A stretch of DNA of 64,000 nucleotides, from assembly GCA_963727445.1 (NCBI GenBank), contig CAVSGI010000010.1:608001-672000 (forward strand), written 5' to 3'. Of the stretch, positions 30,571 through 41,200 are shown one piece after another; within the stretch, counting starts at the first letter, position 1, and each line of letters opens with the position of its first letter. The stretch comes from an uncultured delta proteobacterium. GTDB lineage: Bacteria > Myxococcota_A > Polyangia > Polyangiales > B10-G4. A program made the position numbers and the translations under genes. The notes beneath the pieces were generated by a model. That model did not search any database and was not told the origin of the DNA. It saw only the letters and a list, made by a program, of their open reading frames with translations.

Positions 30571-31653
30571 TCAGAGGGCGACACGGTAGAACGACAGGCC
30601 GACGGCGACGGCTTGGTCGGGGCCCGTCGAAGCGAGCATGAAGACGTCGTCCTCTTCGATGTGGGCGGGCTCGGTCCACGATTCGCCGTCGAAATGGACG
30701 AGTCGGATCGCCTTTCGGAGGATGTGTTTGCTGCAATAGCCGCGGAAGGTGCAGGACACTTCGGCACGCTCCCAGTCGATGAGCGGAACCCAGATGTCGG
30801 TGGGGCTGTACGCGCCGACGGCGACCATCGGCTCGGAGAAGGCGTCGGAGGTGGTCGCTGGAAAGTCCGAGACCGAGAGCGTCGTGCGCAGGACCAGCGC
30901 GTCGTCCGCGATCTCGTAGACGTCGCAGGAGTCCGCGTGCTGCACGAAACCGAGGGCCGACTCGCCATCGGCGCCGGGCGTCAGGCGCACGGCCGGCGTG
31001 TCTCCGCCATCGACGGCGTTGAAGCTCGTTCCGTCGAACGACCGGATCGAGTCAGTGCATTGGACGTAGAGGCGGTCCGAAACCGCGACGACGCGGTGCG
31101 AGTGGCAGCCGGCCGGAAGCGTGATCACTTCGAAGGCGCTGCCGTTCCAGTGGTGGATGCGATCGCGGACGCTCACGTAGACGTCGTCGTCGCTTCGCCC
31201 GTGAATGGCCTCGACCGTCACGCCGCCGAGCCGCGACACGACCCACGCGGAACCATCCCATCGCGCGACCTGCGGACCGGCGTCGATGTAGCCGCCGACC
31301 CACACCGCGCCGTCGGGACCCACCCAGAACGCCGTGATGCTGCGAAACGTCCCCGTCGGTTGGGGCAGCACCGACTGCATCACTCCGTCGCGCTCGAGCG
31401 CGATGGTGCCGTCGCCCATGCGATAACCGACCCACCCCGCGGAGGAAGCGATCTCAGTGACCGAATCGCCCTCGATCGGCGGCGGCTCCTGCTCGAGGAG
31501 CGGGCTCGAAGGCGGAGGGGTCGTGGCGGTCTCACCCGTTCCGATGCAGCCGACACCGGCGCCGACGGAGAGCAGGAGCCCGAGACCCAGGAGACCAGCG
31601 CTCCACAGTGACGTGGAGGATTCGGTGATGTCGACGGTAGTGGTGAACGGCAT
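30571..31653 (-). CDS. Hypothetical lipoprotein with beta-propeller-type (WDG/FDG) repeats
   Basis: Hydrophobic signal ending GVGC; repeats ARWDGSAW, HHWNGSAF, RSFDGTSF and VHFDGESW. Start uncertain. Confidence 0.6.
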   Translation of the reverse strand: MPFTTTVDITESSTSLWSAGLLGLGLLLSVGAGVGCIGTGETATTPPPSSPLLEQEPPPIEGDSVTEIASSAGWVGYRMGDGTIALERDGVMQSVLPQPTGTFRSITAFWVGPDGAVWVGGYIDAGPQVARWDGSAWVVSRLGGVTVEAIHGRSDDDVYVSVRDRIHHWNGSAFEVITLPAGCHSHRVVAVSDRLYVQCTDSIRSFDGTSFNAVDGGDTPAVRLTPGADGESALGFVQHADSCDVYEIADDALVLRTTLSVSDFPATTSDAFSEPMVAVGAYSPTDIWVPLIDWERAEVSCTFRGYCSKHILRKAIRLVHFDGESWTEPAHIEEDDVFMLASTGPDQAVAVGLSFYRVAL

Positions 31654-31852
31654 GAATGAGACTCGAGCAGAGATTGTGCCAACGCTTCCACCCCTCCTCT
31701 TCGAGCTCGAAGAGACGACGCCGGCGCGCGTGTGCATCGGACTGCACACGTCGCGCAGCCCGATTCACGACCGGCTCGTTCAATGGGTCCGGCGCTGGTC
31801 GTTGTACCCTCGTCGTGGTGGTCACTCCCTTGCTCGCCGCACTCACTGGAAG

Positions 31853-32361
31853 ATGAAGTCGCTCGTCTCACCCACGTCCGTCCTGGGCTTCGTCCTGGTG
31901 CTCGGTTCGTGCGGCCGCATCGACTACGACCCCATCGGCGAGGGCGGGATCGACAGCGGAGGACCACCCGACACCGGGTTGGACTCGGCGCTCGTGGACG
32001 CGCCGATGGACGCCGCACATCTCGACGGAGCGACCGATGGCGCAGCGCCCGACGCCGCGCCGTGCACGTCGTTCGGGCCGTTCGCGCCGCCACGTCCGGT
32101 GACGCAGCTCAACAGCTCGGCTCTCGAAGCTTCGCCCTCGCTCACGGCGACCGGTCTCGCCCTCTACTTCAGCTCGTTCCGCGACGGAGACCAGGACATC
32201 TACGTGAGCCGAAGAGAATCAGTCGCTGCGCCCTGGGGCAGCCCCACGAGGACGCCGAAGTGTCACCCGATGGCACGGAGCTCTACTTCATCTCGAAGCG
32301 CGCCGGAGGTTTGGGCGACTACGACATCTGGCAGACCACACGCAGCTGCACCGCGCCGTGA
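31853..32361 (+). pseudogene. Lipoprotein with PD40/TolB-like repeats, internally deleted or frameshifted at ~32245
   Basis: LGSCGRIDYD; ASPSLTATGLALYFSSFR; the frame then switches to EVSPDGTELYFISKR...DIWQTTR. A paralog of 56865..58370 with fewer repeats. Confidence 0.6.
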
Positions 32362-32442
32362 CGTGGGGAACCGCCGGCGCCGGAAGATCATCCTCTCCCA
32401 CCGCGGCCCGCACATCGGGGCCGTTCCCCCCTCGCCAAAGCC

Positions 32443-34023
32443 TCAAACCTCCAGCCGCTCGAAAAAGCCTGCCAGCTGGGCGCGCTGCTCCGGTGGCATG
32501 TACTCGAAGTTGCGGCCGCGATCGATGATCTCCCAGAAGTCCTTGGTGGTGACGCCCTCGAGCGACGATCGGATCTGTTCGAGGCGTGCGCGCGGTTCGT
32601 CCGCCATATCGTCGGCGATGCGCTTCGCGTGATCGGTCTCGCCCTTCCACAGGTAGTAGGCCGCGAGCTTCACCTGTGCCTTGCGCACGCCGAGGAGCGC
32701 CGACTCCTGAGACTTCGACCGCAGCGGGCGGTCGAGCTCGAGGAACTGGTCGAGCATCGCCTGGTGCGCCTCGGAGTCGAGCGAGTGCGCGATCTGACAG
32801 AGCGCAGAGATGTCGTAGGCGACGGTCTCAGTGACGAACGAGAGCTTCATGTCGAAGCTGACGTGACCGTAGTAGCTCATGTGCCGCACGCCCTCGCGTC
32901 CCGCGTCTGCGTGGCCGTCGCGCAGCAAAGCCTCGACGAGCTGGCGGTACTGGTTGAGTACGTTGTAGGCGGTCCGAACGTCGCGCGCGTTGAGCGTCGC
33001 GCGCAGGTAGCTGTTCATGAACCGGTAGACGAGCCCGGTGAGCTCCGCGTCGCCGGCGCGGCTCGCGGCTTCTCCGATGTAGCGCGTATCGATCGCGATG
33101 AGGTAGTTGATGTCGCGCATCGGCCCAAGAGCTTCGTTGTAGATGCCCAGGTACTGGCGCATCACCTTCCATTCGACCCAGGTGCGGCGTGACTCGAGAT
33201 CCGCGCGCGACTCGGGGTCCATCGCCACGAAGTCAGGGTTGTGCTTGAGGCTCTCCCCCAGCCGGAACCACGCGTCGGTCGCGCGCGGCTTGAGCCGGAG
33301 ATAAGCGAGCGCGAAGTCCTTGAGCCCGTCGACCGCGCCGGACGCGATGATCTTGTCCTTGCCACTGATGGAGTTGCTCGTGATGTCCGTGAGCTCCTCC
33401 ATCGCCGTGAGCACGTGCGCTTGAAGCCCGCCCACGTGGTCGTGCTCCCTGGCCTGCGTGCCGTTTGTGGCTTTGTCGATCGCGTCGCGCCGGATACGGC
33501 GGATGATGTTCATCGGCTCGAGGAACCAGAAGACGTATCCGAAATACGGCGCCATCAGCACGAGGGCGATGGTCAACATCACCATCATCGACAGGATCGC
33601 GACGCGCGGGACGAAGTCGTGATGGAGCGAAAAGGCCGTCCACACGCCCACCACGCACACGACGAGGTAGAAGCCCATGACGGTGAGGTTGACGCGGTCG
33701 CGCAGGAACATCCGCGCGACGCCGGTGTACCGCTCGGCCGAGAGCTGAACGATGATGGACACGACCGTCACCACCATCCCGAAGATCGCCGCGATGTTTC
33801 CAGACAGCGAGCTCGTCGCGTCCGTGATGGTCGACGGGTCGAGGTCGATGAACCGACTGATGGCCGTGTCGGAGTTGCCCTCGAACGGCCCCCCGAAGAG
33901 CGTGTTGTCGAGCCAGTAGAGCCCGACGAACATGAACGTCGCGGCACCCGTGAGGATCACGACCGGCACAGCCCAGCTTCCGGTGTTCCGTCGAAGGCCG
34001 TTCCTCTCGTGTCGCTCGGGCAT
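32443..34023 (-). CDS. DUF2254-like membrane protein
   Basis: Four TM helices with IFGMVVTVVSIIVQLSAERYT...FLRD, followed by a helical soluble domain. Confidence 0.65.
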   Translation of the reverse strand: MPERHERNGLRRNTGSWAVPVVILTGAATFMFVGLYWLDNTLFGGPFEGNSDTAISRFIDLDPSTITDATSSLSGNIAAIFGMVVTVVSIIVQLSAERYTGVARMFLRDRVNLTVMGFYLVVCVVGVWTAFSLHHDFVPRVAILSMMVMLTIALVLMAPYFGYVFWFLEPMNIIRRIRRDAIDKATNGTQAREHDHVGGLQAHVLTAMEELTDITSNSISGKDKIIASGAVDGLKDFALAYLRLKPRATDAWFRLGESLKHNPDFVAMDPESRADLESRRTWVEWKVMRQYLGIYNEALGPMRDINYLIAIDTRYIGEAASRAGDAELTGLVYRFMNSYLRATLNARDVRTAYNVLNQYRQLVEALLRDGHADAGREGVRHMSYYGHVSFDMKLSFVTETVAYDISALCQIAHSLDSEAHQAMLDQFLELDRPLRSKSQESALLGVRKAQVKLAAYYLWKGETDHAKRIADDMADEPRARLEQIRSSLEGVTTKDFWEIIDRGRNFEYMPPEQRAQLAGFFERLEV

Positions 34024-34150
34024 CGCGCGCGGAGTATCGCGTGCCGAACCGGCGGATGGAAGCGGCCAAAAGTACGACGCGGAGCTGACCGCGTCCGGCT
34101 CGTCGATGGAAAGCGGAGCCCATTCGGGACGGCACCGAGAACCGAGGCGC

Positions 34151-34711
34151 TCAGTCCACGGCAAGCTTGCCGCTCTTCGCCAGCTTCGGGTCCGTGCAAG
34201 AAGCGAGGTTGAAGCAGCAGGGCCGGCGCTTTCCGCTACTCATCTTGGAGATGCTCACCTCGACGCGCCGCTCACGTGTCTCGGGATTCCTGGTCGCCCC
34301 GATCCATCGAACCCATTCCCACCGTGCCATCGGAGTGATCGCGCGCCAGAGATCTCGGACTTCCCGCGGTGCATTCGACAGGGCCTTTCGCAGGTCTGGG
34401 GGAACGCGGGGCTCTGGCCACTCCTCGGCGGGCTCGACCACCACCGTGGCCTCGTCGCCGGGACCGACACCGGCGTCTCTTTGCAGCTTCGCGTCGACCC
34501 TGATCCAGTGACCGAGCTCTCCGTCCGGTTCGATGACCGTCTCGAATGAGTGTCCGTCGAGCGTCCCACGCACGGCCACTTGACCTCTCGATGGGAGCTT
34601 CTTGCTCGAGGCGTCGGGTAGTCGGAGGATCGTCGGGCCGCTCGTCGCTCGCAACGTCGCTTCGAAACGGATAGGCGGCTTCGCCGCTTTCTTCTTTCGC
34701 GTTGCAGTCAC
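34151..34711 (-). CDS. DUF1905 + YdeI/OmpD-associated domain protein
   Basis: LPSRGQVAVRGTLDG, EPDGELGHW, VPPDLRKAL and ITPMARWEWVRWI...ETRERR motifs. Confidence 0.8.
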   Translation of the reverse strand: MTATRKKKAAKPPIRFEATLRATSGPTILRLPDASSKKLPSRGQVAVRGTLDGHSFETVIEPDGELGHWIRVDAKLQRDAGVGPGDEATVVVEPAEEWPEPRVPPDLRKALSNAPREVRDLWRAITPMARWEWVRWIGATRNPETRERRVEVSISKMSSGKRRPCCFNLASCTDPKLAKSGKLAVD

Positions 34712-34849
34712 GTCAGGGCGCCGCGAGCTTCACGAGAGCTCCTCGCTCTGCAGAATAGCCTCCGACGCCGAGGCCGGCCAAGCCGCTCATCGGGTCCACC
34801 ACCTCGAAAAAATCGGTCACGTTCTGCGGACTCAGCGCTACCAATCCCT

Positions 34850-35353
34850 GTGAGAACCTTCGCAGCCGCGGCTTTCTGCCTGGCCATCGCCCTGCCGGCG
34901 GCGGCCGCGGCCGATTGTCGGGCGTCGGCGACAGGGGCGATGTCGGTCGACGTCTCGCTGAGCCCGATGTCGGGGATCCTCTGTCTCCACGACGTGGTGG
35001 TGCATCGTGGGGCGGACTGCTCCGGGACGGTCGAGTGGCAGACGGTGCTCGGTTGTGACGAGACGCGACGCATGGTGGTCAGCGATGACGGGGTGCTCGT
35101 GAACCTGCGGGCTTCCCGGCCGAATCGGCGCAACTGGGAGATCGTCCGCGTCTTCGTGCGGTCGGGCCGCGATGTCGCGGTTCGTTCGATCCGCTACGAC
35201 GCGCTCCCGTCGATTCCACCCGCCCCGGCGCGTGCGCGCCTCGAGCTGGGCGCCGATGGGCTGCGCATCGGCGAGGGGCCGGCGGCGCCGCTGGTGCCGC
35301 TCGCGCGCCTCATCGCCCTCGGCCATCGGACCGGCAGCCGCCGCGCGCGCTGA
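34850..35353 (+). CDS. Small secreted hypothetical protein
   Basis: Signal peptide ending AAAAA-D; 167-aa ORF. Confidence 0.5.
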   Translation: MRTFAAAAFCLAIALPAAAAADCRASATGAMSVDVSLSPMSGILCLHDVVVHRGADCSGTVEWQTVLGCDETRRMVVSDDGVLVNLRASRPNRRNWEIVRVFVRSGRDVAVRSIRYDALPSIPPAPARARLELGADGLRIGEGPAAPLVPLARLIALGHRTGSRRAR

Positions 35354-35521
35354 CCGGCTCGTTTCAGCGCACCGCGTCCACCTCCCAGGTTGCGCAAAGG
35401 GCGTCCCAGTGACCTTCCCAGGCGAACCACGGATCCTCCACGAGAGGACGAGGCGTCCGTCGTCGAAGCGGGCGCGAAGGATCGTTTCGGGGGGCTGATC
35501 CCACGAAAGAGGTCGCGAGCG

Positions 35522-37220
35522 TCAGAGGCCGGAGGTGCCGGGTGTCGGCACCGGGAGCGTCGTCGCTTGGAGGTTTGCTCCGTTGTCGTAGTAGTCGACA
35601 GTGGCGGAGAGGCGCGTGAGGTCGTACCCGTCCACCTGGACGCACGCCCCGACCGGGCATCCGCTCACCTCGCCCATGTCGAGGTCGACGCGTCCATCGG
35701 TCGCGAGCTGGAGCCCGCAGAGCGCCGCGTCGCGAATGGCGAACCGCTCGGCTCGGAGCTGCGCACCCATGTAGGCGCCCACGCCGATGCCGGCGGGTGC
35801 ATCGGGGCAATTCGTGGTGGCACATTCGCGCTCGCGCGTCGACAGGACGCGCGTGTCCACGAGCTCGATCTGGGTGCCGGAGCCGAAGCCGACGACCGCG
35901 ACGTCCCGGTTGTCCGTGATGAGCGCTCTCTCGAGGTGGGCGCGCGCGCTGCGGTCCACCGCGAGGGCCCGGCCGTAGCGAAGGTCGCCGCTGGTGCTCC
36001 GGGTCTCGGTGATGACGGCGTCCTGGAGGAGGAGCTCGCCGGTACCGTTTCCCACCGTGACCGCCTGCTCGGTCGCCCGTTCTATCCACACCCGGGTCGC
36101 GTTCAGGTTGGTGCCCTCGGCGAAGACGGCGCGTCCGATGGCGCCGAAGGTCGGGTCGGGGCCCACGTCTCGTATCACCGCGTCGGTGAGGGTCATTCGG
36201 CCGTTCTGAGCAAGCATGGCGGCGCCGTTCGCGTTCTCGATCACGATCCGTTCAACGGTCAGCTCACAACCCACGCAGATGAGGCCCGCGTTCGTCGTGG
36301 AGCTGATGACCACGTCTCGCAGGGCTCCCATGGAGCCACTGGAGCCGAAGGTCCCGACCCAGATCCCCCCGGTGGACTCGCGGACCGCGACGCGGTCGAG
36401 GTCGAGCTCGCCGGCCCCCTCGAGTCGGATGCCTGTTCCGGAGTCGCTCGGCAGCCCCGCCAGCGCCACGTCGCGAATCGACACGTCGGTGCCCGAGAGC
36501 CGAGCGCTCCCGCGCAGCACGATGCCGGCGTCGTCGACCGAGGAGATGACGACGTGCTCCAGAGCCGCGCTCCCGCCGTCGTCGATGACCACGCCGCGGG
36601 TGGGTCCGGGAGATCGTGAGGTCCTGGAGCCGAACGCCGGAGCCGGTGACCATCACGACCGCGGATGCCGCCGGATCGTCAGGGGCAGACAACGTCACGC
36701 CGGAAGCACAGGCTCCTCGGATCGTGACGTCCGGGCCGAGCTCGATCGCCTCGGAGTATGCGCCGACGCCCACCGCGATCGTCTCCCCCGGGGCCACTGC
36801 GGTCAGCGCGTCGGTGATGGTGGCGAATGGCAGGGTGGAGGAACCGTCTCCCCCCGGAGCCGCGTCAGCGCTGACGAAGACCACACCTTCGGCGGGAAGG
36901 CTCGCGAAAACCCCATCGCTGGGACAGGCGGATCCAATCCGGGAGCAACCAGGCTCGCCGGGGAAATGCGCCTCGTTCGAGCCGCACTCGAGGCGGCCTT
37001 CCTCGGGCCAGGGATCGCATCGAGCCAGCTCTGGAAACGCCGCCGCCACCGTCTCACGCCAACCGGATGGGCACGGCGTCAGCACGGGCAGGGCGATGGT
37101 AGCGGTCCCCGCATCATCGTCGACCGGCGGATCCCCGCCACAAGCGACACACCCGAGTACCGCGAGGAGTGGCAGCGAGCTCTCAGCGAATCTCCACACC
37201 GGCAGCTCCGATTCGAGCAT
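35522..37220 (-). CDS. Lipoprotein with DUF1565-like lead-in and right-handed parallel beta-helix repeats; frameshift at ~36609
   Basis: CVAC lipobox; GGDGSSTLPFATITDAL; repeated LxDxVIRD/ET units. Paralog of 52286..54385. Confidence 0.7.
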
Positions 37221-38080
37221 CGAACCGCCACGCGTTGCAAGTGTCGGGCGTGCAATCGCCCATCCGGCAGCCATCGGCGTCGCAGATGGAGTCGGGGGGG
37301 TACGTCCAGGTGTCCGGTGGCGTGGTGCAATCCGCGCTGGCGAAGAATCTCGCACCCGGTCACGCCAACGACGGGGAAGCTACCCTCGATGGTGGAGTCC
37401 AGCAGGACGAAGCTGGTGACACGACCTCGCCCCAGCACGCGGCTGCTCAGCGTGTCGTATTCGCCGACGCACGTGCGATCGTGGCTCAGCTCGACGCCGA
37501 TGAACGTCAACTCGGCGAGCACCAGCTCCACGGGAGTCGATCCGTCCGTGTCGTGGATGGGCACGACGAAAGGCACGGGAGCGGGCTCGCTCGTCAAGAG
37601 CTCACCTTCGATCGTACCCGTCGTGGTGAACGGATCCCAACGCGCCGGGTCATCGGGGCCCGGCGCGTCGCCCGCGTGCCACGCGTAGTACGACTCGTCG
37701 CTGCCTCGCGCGAGAGTTCCGATTCGGATCGTGACGGGTCCATCGGTGCCGGTACCCTGGATCTCGAACCCGACCATGAGCGCGTCCAGGCGTAGGGCTT
37801 GGGTGAACCCGTACGCGACCGCCGCGTTCGTGAGCGCGAGGGGCAGAGTGTTGTCGAAGTCGACGACTTTGAGCTGAGCTGAGGCCAGGCGATCTTCGTT
37901 ACTGCGGGCGTAGCAGCAGGGCAACGACAAGGTCGACTCCCAGCAGGGATTGGGCATCCCCGAATCCACGGTGCCCGTGTCCGTGAGTGGGGAGGAATCG
38001 GGAGCCGTCGACGTCTCGCCGCACCCGAACACCGAGGAAAGGCTGGTTGCGAGCATCGCGAGGCAAACCACGGGGCGCAC
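37183..38080 (-). CDS. Hypothetical Cys-containing lipoprotein; frameshift at ~37347
   Basis: VFGC lipobox; repaired C-terminus GCEIFASADCTTPPDTW...CNAWRFDARIGAAGVEIR*. Confidence 0.6.
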
Positions 38081-38213
38081 ATCGGAACGATAGCATCGGT
38101 CGGCTCCCGGTCAGGCCCCACTCTTCGCACGAGAGTGCCCGAACGCATGGCAGGCGTGAGACTCTTCCGAGCTGAGCATTCGGCTTTTCCGCCGACAGAG
38201 ACGGGTTTGGACC

Positions 38214-41200
38214 GTGGACATAGCCATCATCGGTATTGGGTGTCGCTACCCAGGCGGCGTCGATTCGCCCGCGTCGTTCTGGCGCCTCTTGAGATCGGGC
38301 GTGGACGCCATCACCGAGATCCCGGACGACCGGTGGAGTCAGTCCACGCAGTTCGACCCTGACAAGCCACCCGGAACCAGCAACAGCCGCTGGGGCGGGT
38401 TCCTCGACGATGTGAGTGGGTTCGACCCGTCGTTCTTCGGTATCTCGCCCCGAGAAGCCGCGGCCATGGATCCGCAGCAGCGCCTCCTCCTGGAGCTCGC
38501 CTGGGAGGCGATGGAAGATGCCGGCGTCCCGCCGGGCACGCTCCGGGGCACGCCGTGCGGGGTGTTCGTGGGCCAGTCGAGCTTCGACTACGCCGAGATT
38601 CAGAAGGCGCCGAGCAACCGGCACCTCATCGACGCCTACACCAACCTCGGCACCGCCGGGAGCATCGCGGCCAACCGGATCTCGTACATCTTCGATCTCA
38701 AGGGGCCGAGCATGACGATCGACACGGCGTGCTCGTCGTCGCTCGTCGCCACCGACGTCGCTTGTCGCTACCTCCGGGACGGAGTCATCGACCACGCGCT
38801 CATCGGCGGGATCAACCTCATCTTGAAGTCCGAGACGACGATCGGTTTCGCCCAGGCGTCGATGCTCTCCCCCGACGGGCGCTGCTTCGCCTTCGACGCC
38901 CGCGCCAACGGCTACGTCCGCTCCGACGGCGCCGGCGTGGTGCTGCTCAAGCCTCTGGCGCATGCGCTACGGGACGAGGATCGGGTCTACGCCGTCATCA
39001 AGGCCACGGTGAGTAATCAAGACGGTCACACCCGTGGCATCACGGTGCCCAGCCAGAGTGCCCAGGTCGCGGCGATCGAAAGCGCCCTCGCGCAGGCTGG
39101 CCTCGCCCCCCACGAGGTTCAGTACGTCGAAGCTCACGGTACCGGGACGCCCGTGGGCGATCCGATCGAGGTCCGTGCGCTGAGTGCCGCGCTCGGAGGC
39201 GATCGCGCGCGCCCGCTCCTGGTGGGCTCGGTCAAGACCAACATAGGCCACCTCGAGTCGGGCGCAGGCGTGGCTGGTCTCGTGAAGGCTGCGTTGGCGC
39301 TTCATCACGGCACCATTCCGCCGAGCCTCCACGTCGAACGTCCGAATCCCGCCATCGACTTCGAGTTGCTCGGCGTCGAGGTGGTGACCTCGCCCACACC
39401 GTGGCCCGAGGGACCGCGATACGCCGGGCTGAACAGCTTCGGCTTCGGCGGTGCGAACGCGCACGTCATCCTCGGGGACGCCCCGCCCGCGCCAGCGAGG
39501 AGCACACCTCACCCAGGCCCGCATTTATTGACCGTCTCCGGTCGTAGCGAGGCCGGCTTGAGAGCCCGCCTGGCGCAGCTCACAGAGTGCCTCGAACACG
39601 ACGCCATTCCGCTCGCCGACCTCTGTCATACGGCGAGCGCTCGGCGAGACCACCACCCATACCGTCGCGGTGTCGTGGGGGCCGATCGCGCATCGCTGAC
39701 GGCCGCGATCTCGCACGCGATGGATCAACCCGTTGCACCGGTGCCGGCGGCTCGGCCTCAGGTCGCCTTCGTCTACACGGGGATGGGGCCGCAGTGGTTT
39801 GGGATGGGCCGCGAGCTCTCGGCGTCGTCCGATGTCTTTCGCGACGCGATGGTGCGTTGTGACGCGTTGTTTGCCGGGCTCGAGCACGGCGTCTCGGTCC
39901 TGGAAGTGCTGGCGGCTGACGAGGAGGCCTCGCTCATCGATCGAACCGAGCACGCCCAACCAGCCATCTTCTCCATTCAAGTTGCCCTGACGGAGCTCTG
40001 GCGGCGTTGGGGGCTGCGACCCGACCTGATCATCGGACACAGCATCGGCGAAGCAGCGGCTGCATGGGCTGCAGGCGCCTTGACGCTCGAGCAGGCCGCT
40101 TTGGTCATCCATCATCGCAGTCGCTTGCAGGCCGAAACCGCCGGCTCCGGCACGATGCTCGCGGTGGGACTGTCGGCGACCGCGGTGACGCACTTTCTCC
40201 GCGGCCTCGAAGATCGCGTCGCCATCGCCGCCATCAACAGCGGCGACTCCGTGACCCTGGCCGGCGAGCACGACGCTTTGGAGCAGATCGCGGAGGCCCT
40301 CGACAGGGTCGGCGCTTTCCAGCGCCGACTGTCGGTCGAGGTTCCCTACCACAGCCCGCAGATGGCACCGGTGGCGAAGCACCTCGCTTCCGCCTTGAGC
40401 ACGCTCGTGCCCGTGCCTGCATCGGTGTCCATGTTCTCGACCGCCTCGGGGACATGGGTCGGCGAGCGCCTCCTCGACGGGGCCTATTGGGCGAGCAACG
40501 TCGAGAACCCCGTCCGGTTCAAAGACGGCATCCATGCGCTCGTGAGCCGCGGTGCGGCTGCATTCCTCCAGGTCGGCCCCCACCCCGTTCTGTCGAATGC
40601 CTTGATGTCCGAGGCCCCGGACCGACCCGCGCTCGCCTCGCTGCGCCGGAACGCTCCGGAACATCAGACCCTCCTGACGGCTGCTGCGCGCCTCTACGAG
40701 CTCGGCCTGTCCTTCGACTGGGCCGAGATCAATGCCGGCAAGCGCGTCGACCTGCCGAGCTATCCCTTTCAACGGCAGCCCTTCTGGCGGGAGGACCAGC
40801 GCTCGGAGGAGACGCGCATCGGCGCCGCGCGTCACCCGATGATCGGCCGGCGGACCATGGCGCCCGCACCCCGATGGAATCCGACGATCGACACGCGTCG
40901 TCTCCCCTGGGTCGCCGACCACGTCCTGCAGGGCTCGGTGGTCTTCCCCGGCACGGGATACGTGGAGATGGCGCTCGCCGCCGGCAGCGAGCTCTTCGGG
41001 GGCCTCCCGGGAGGCCTCGACGACGTGCGCTTCGAGCAGGCGTTCTTCGTGCAGCGAGACACCCGTCACGCTCTCGAGCTCCAGGTCGACCCGGCCTCGA
41101 AGCAATGGGAGGTCTTCGGACGCGGCCCCGAAAATCACTGGATCCGCCACGCGAGTGGGTGGCTGCATCGCGACCGCTCCTCCGTGCCGGTGATCGACGC

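Noticed and set aside
38120..38170. Operator-like inverted repeat cactct-N7-agagtg upstream of the PKS
   Set aside because: Only 6-bp arms and no regulator nearby; could be chance.
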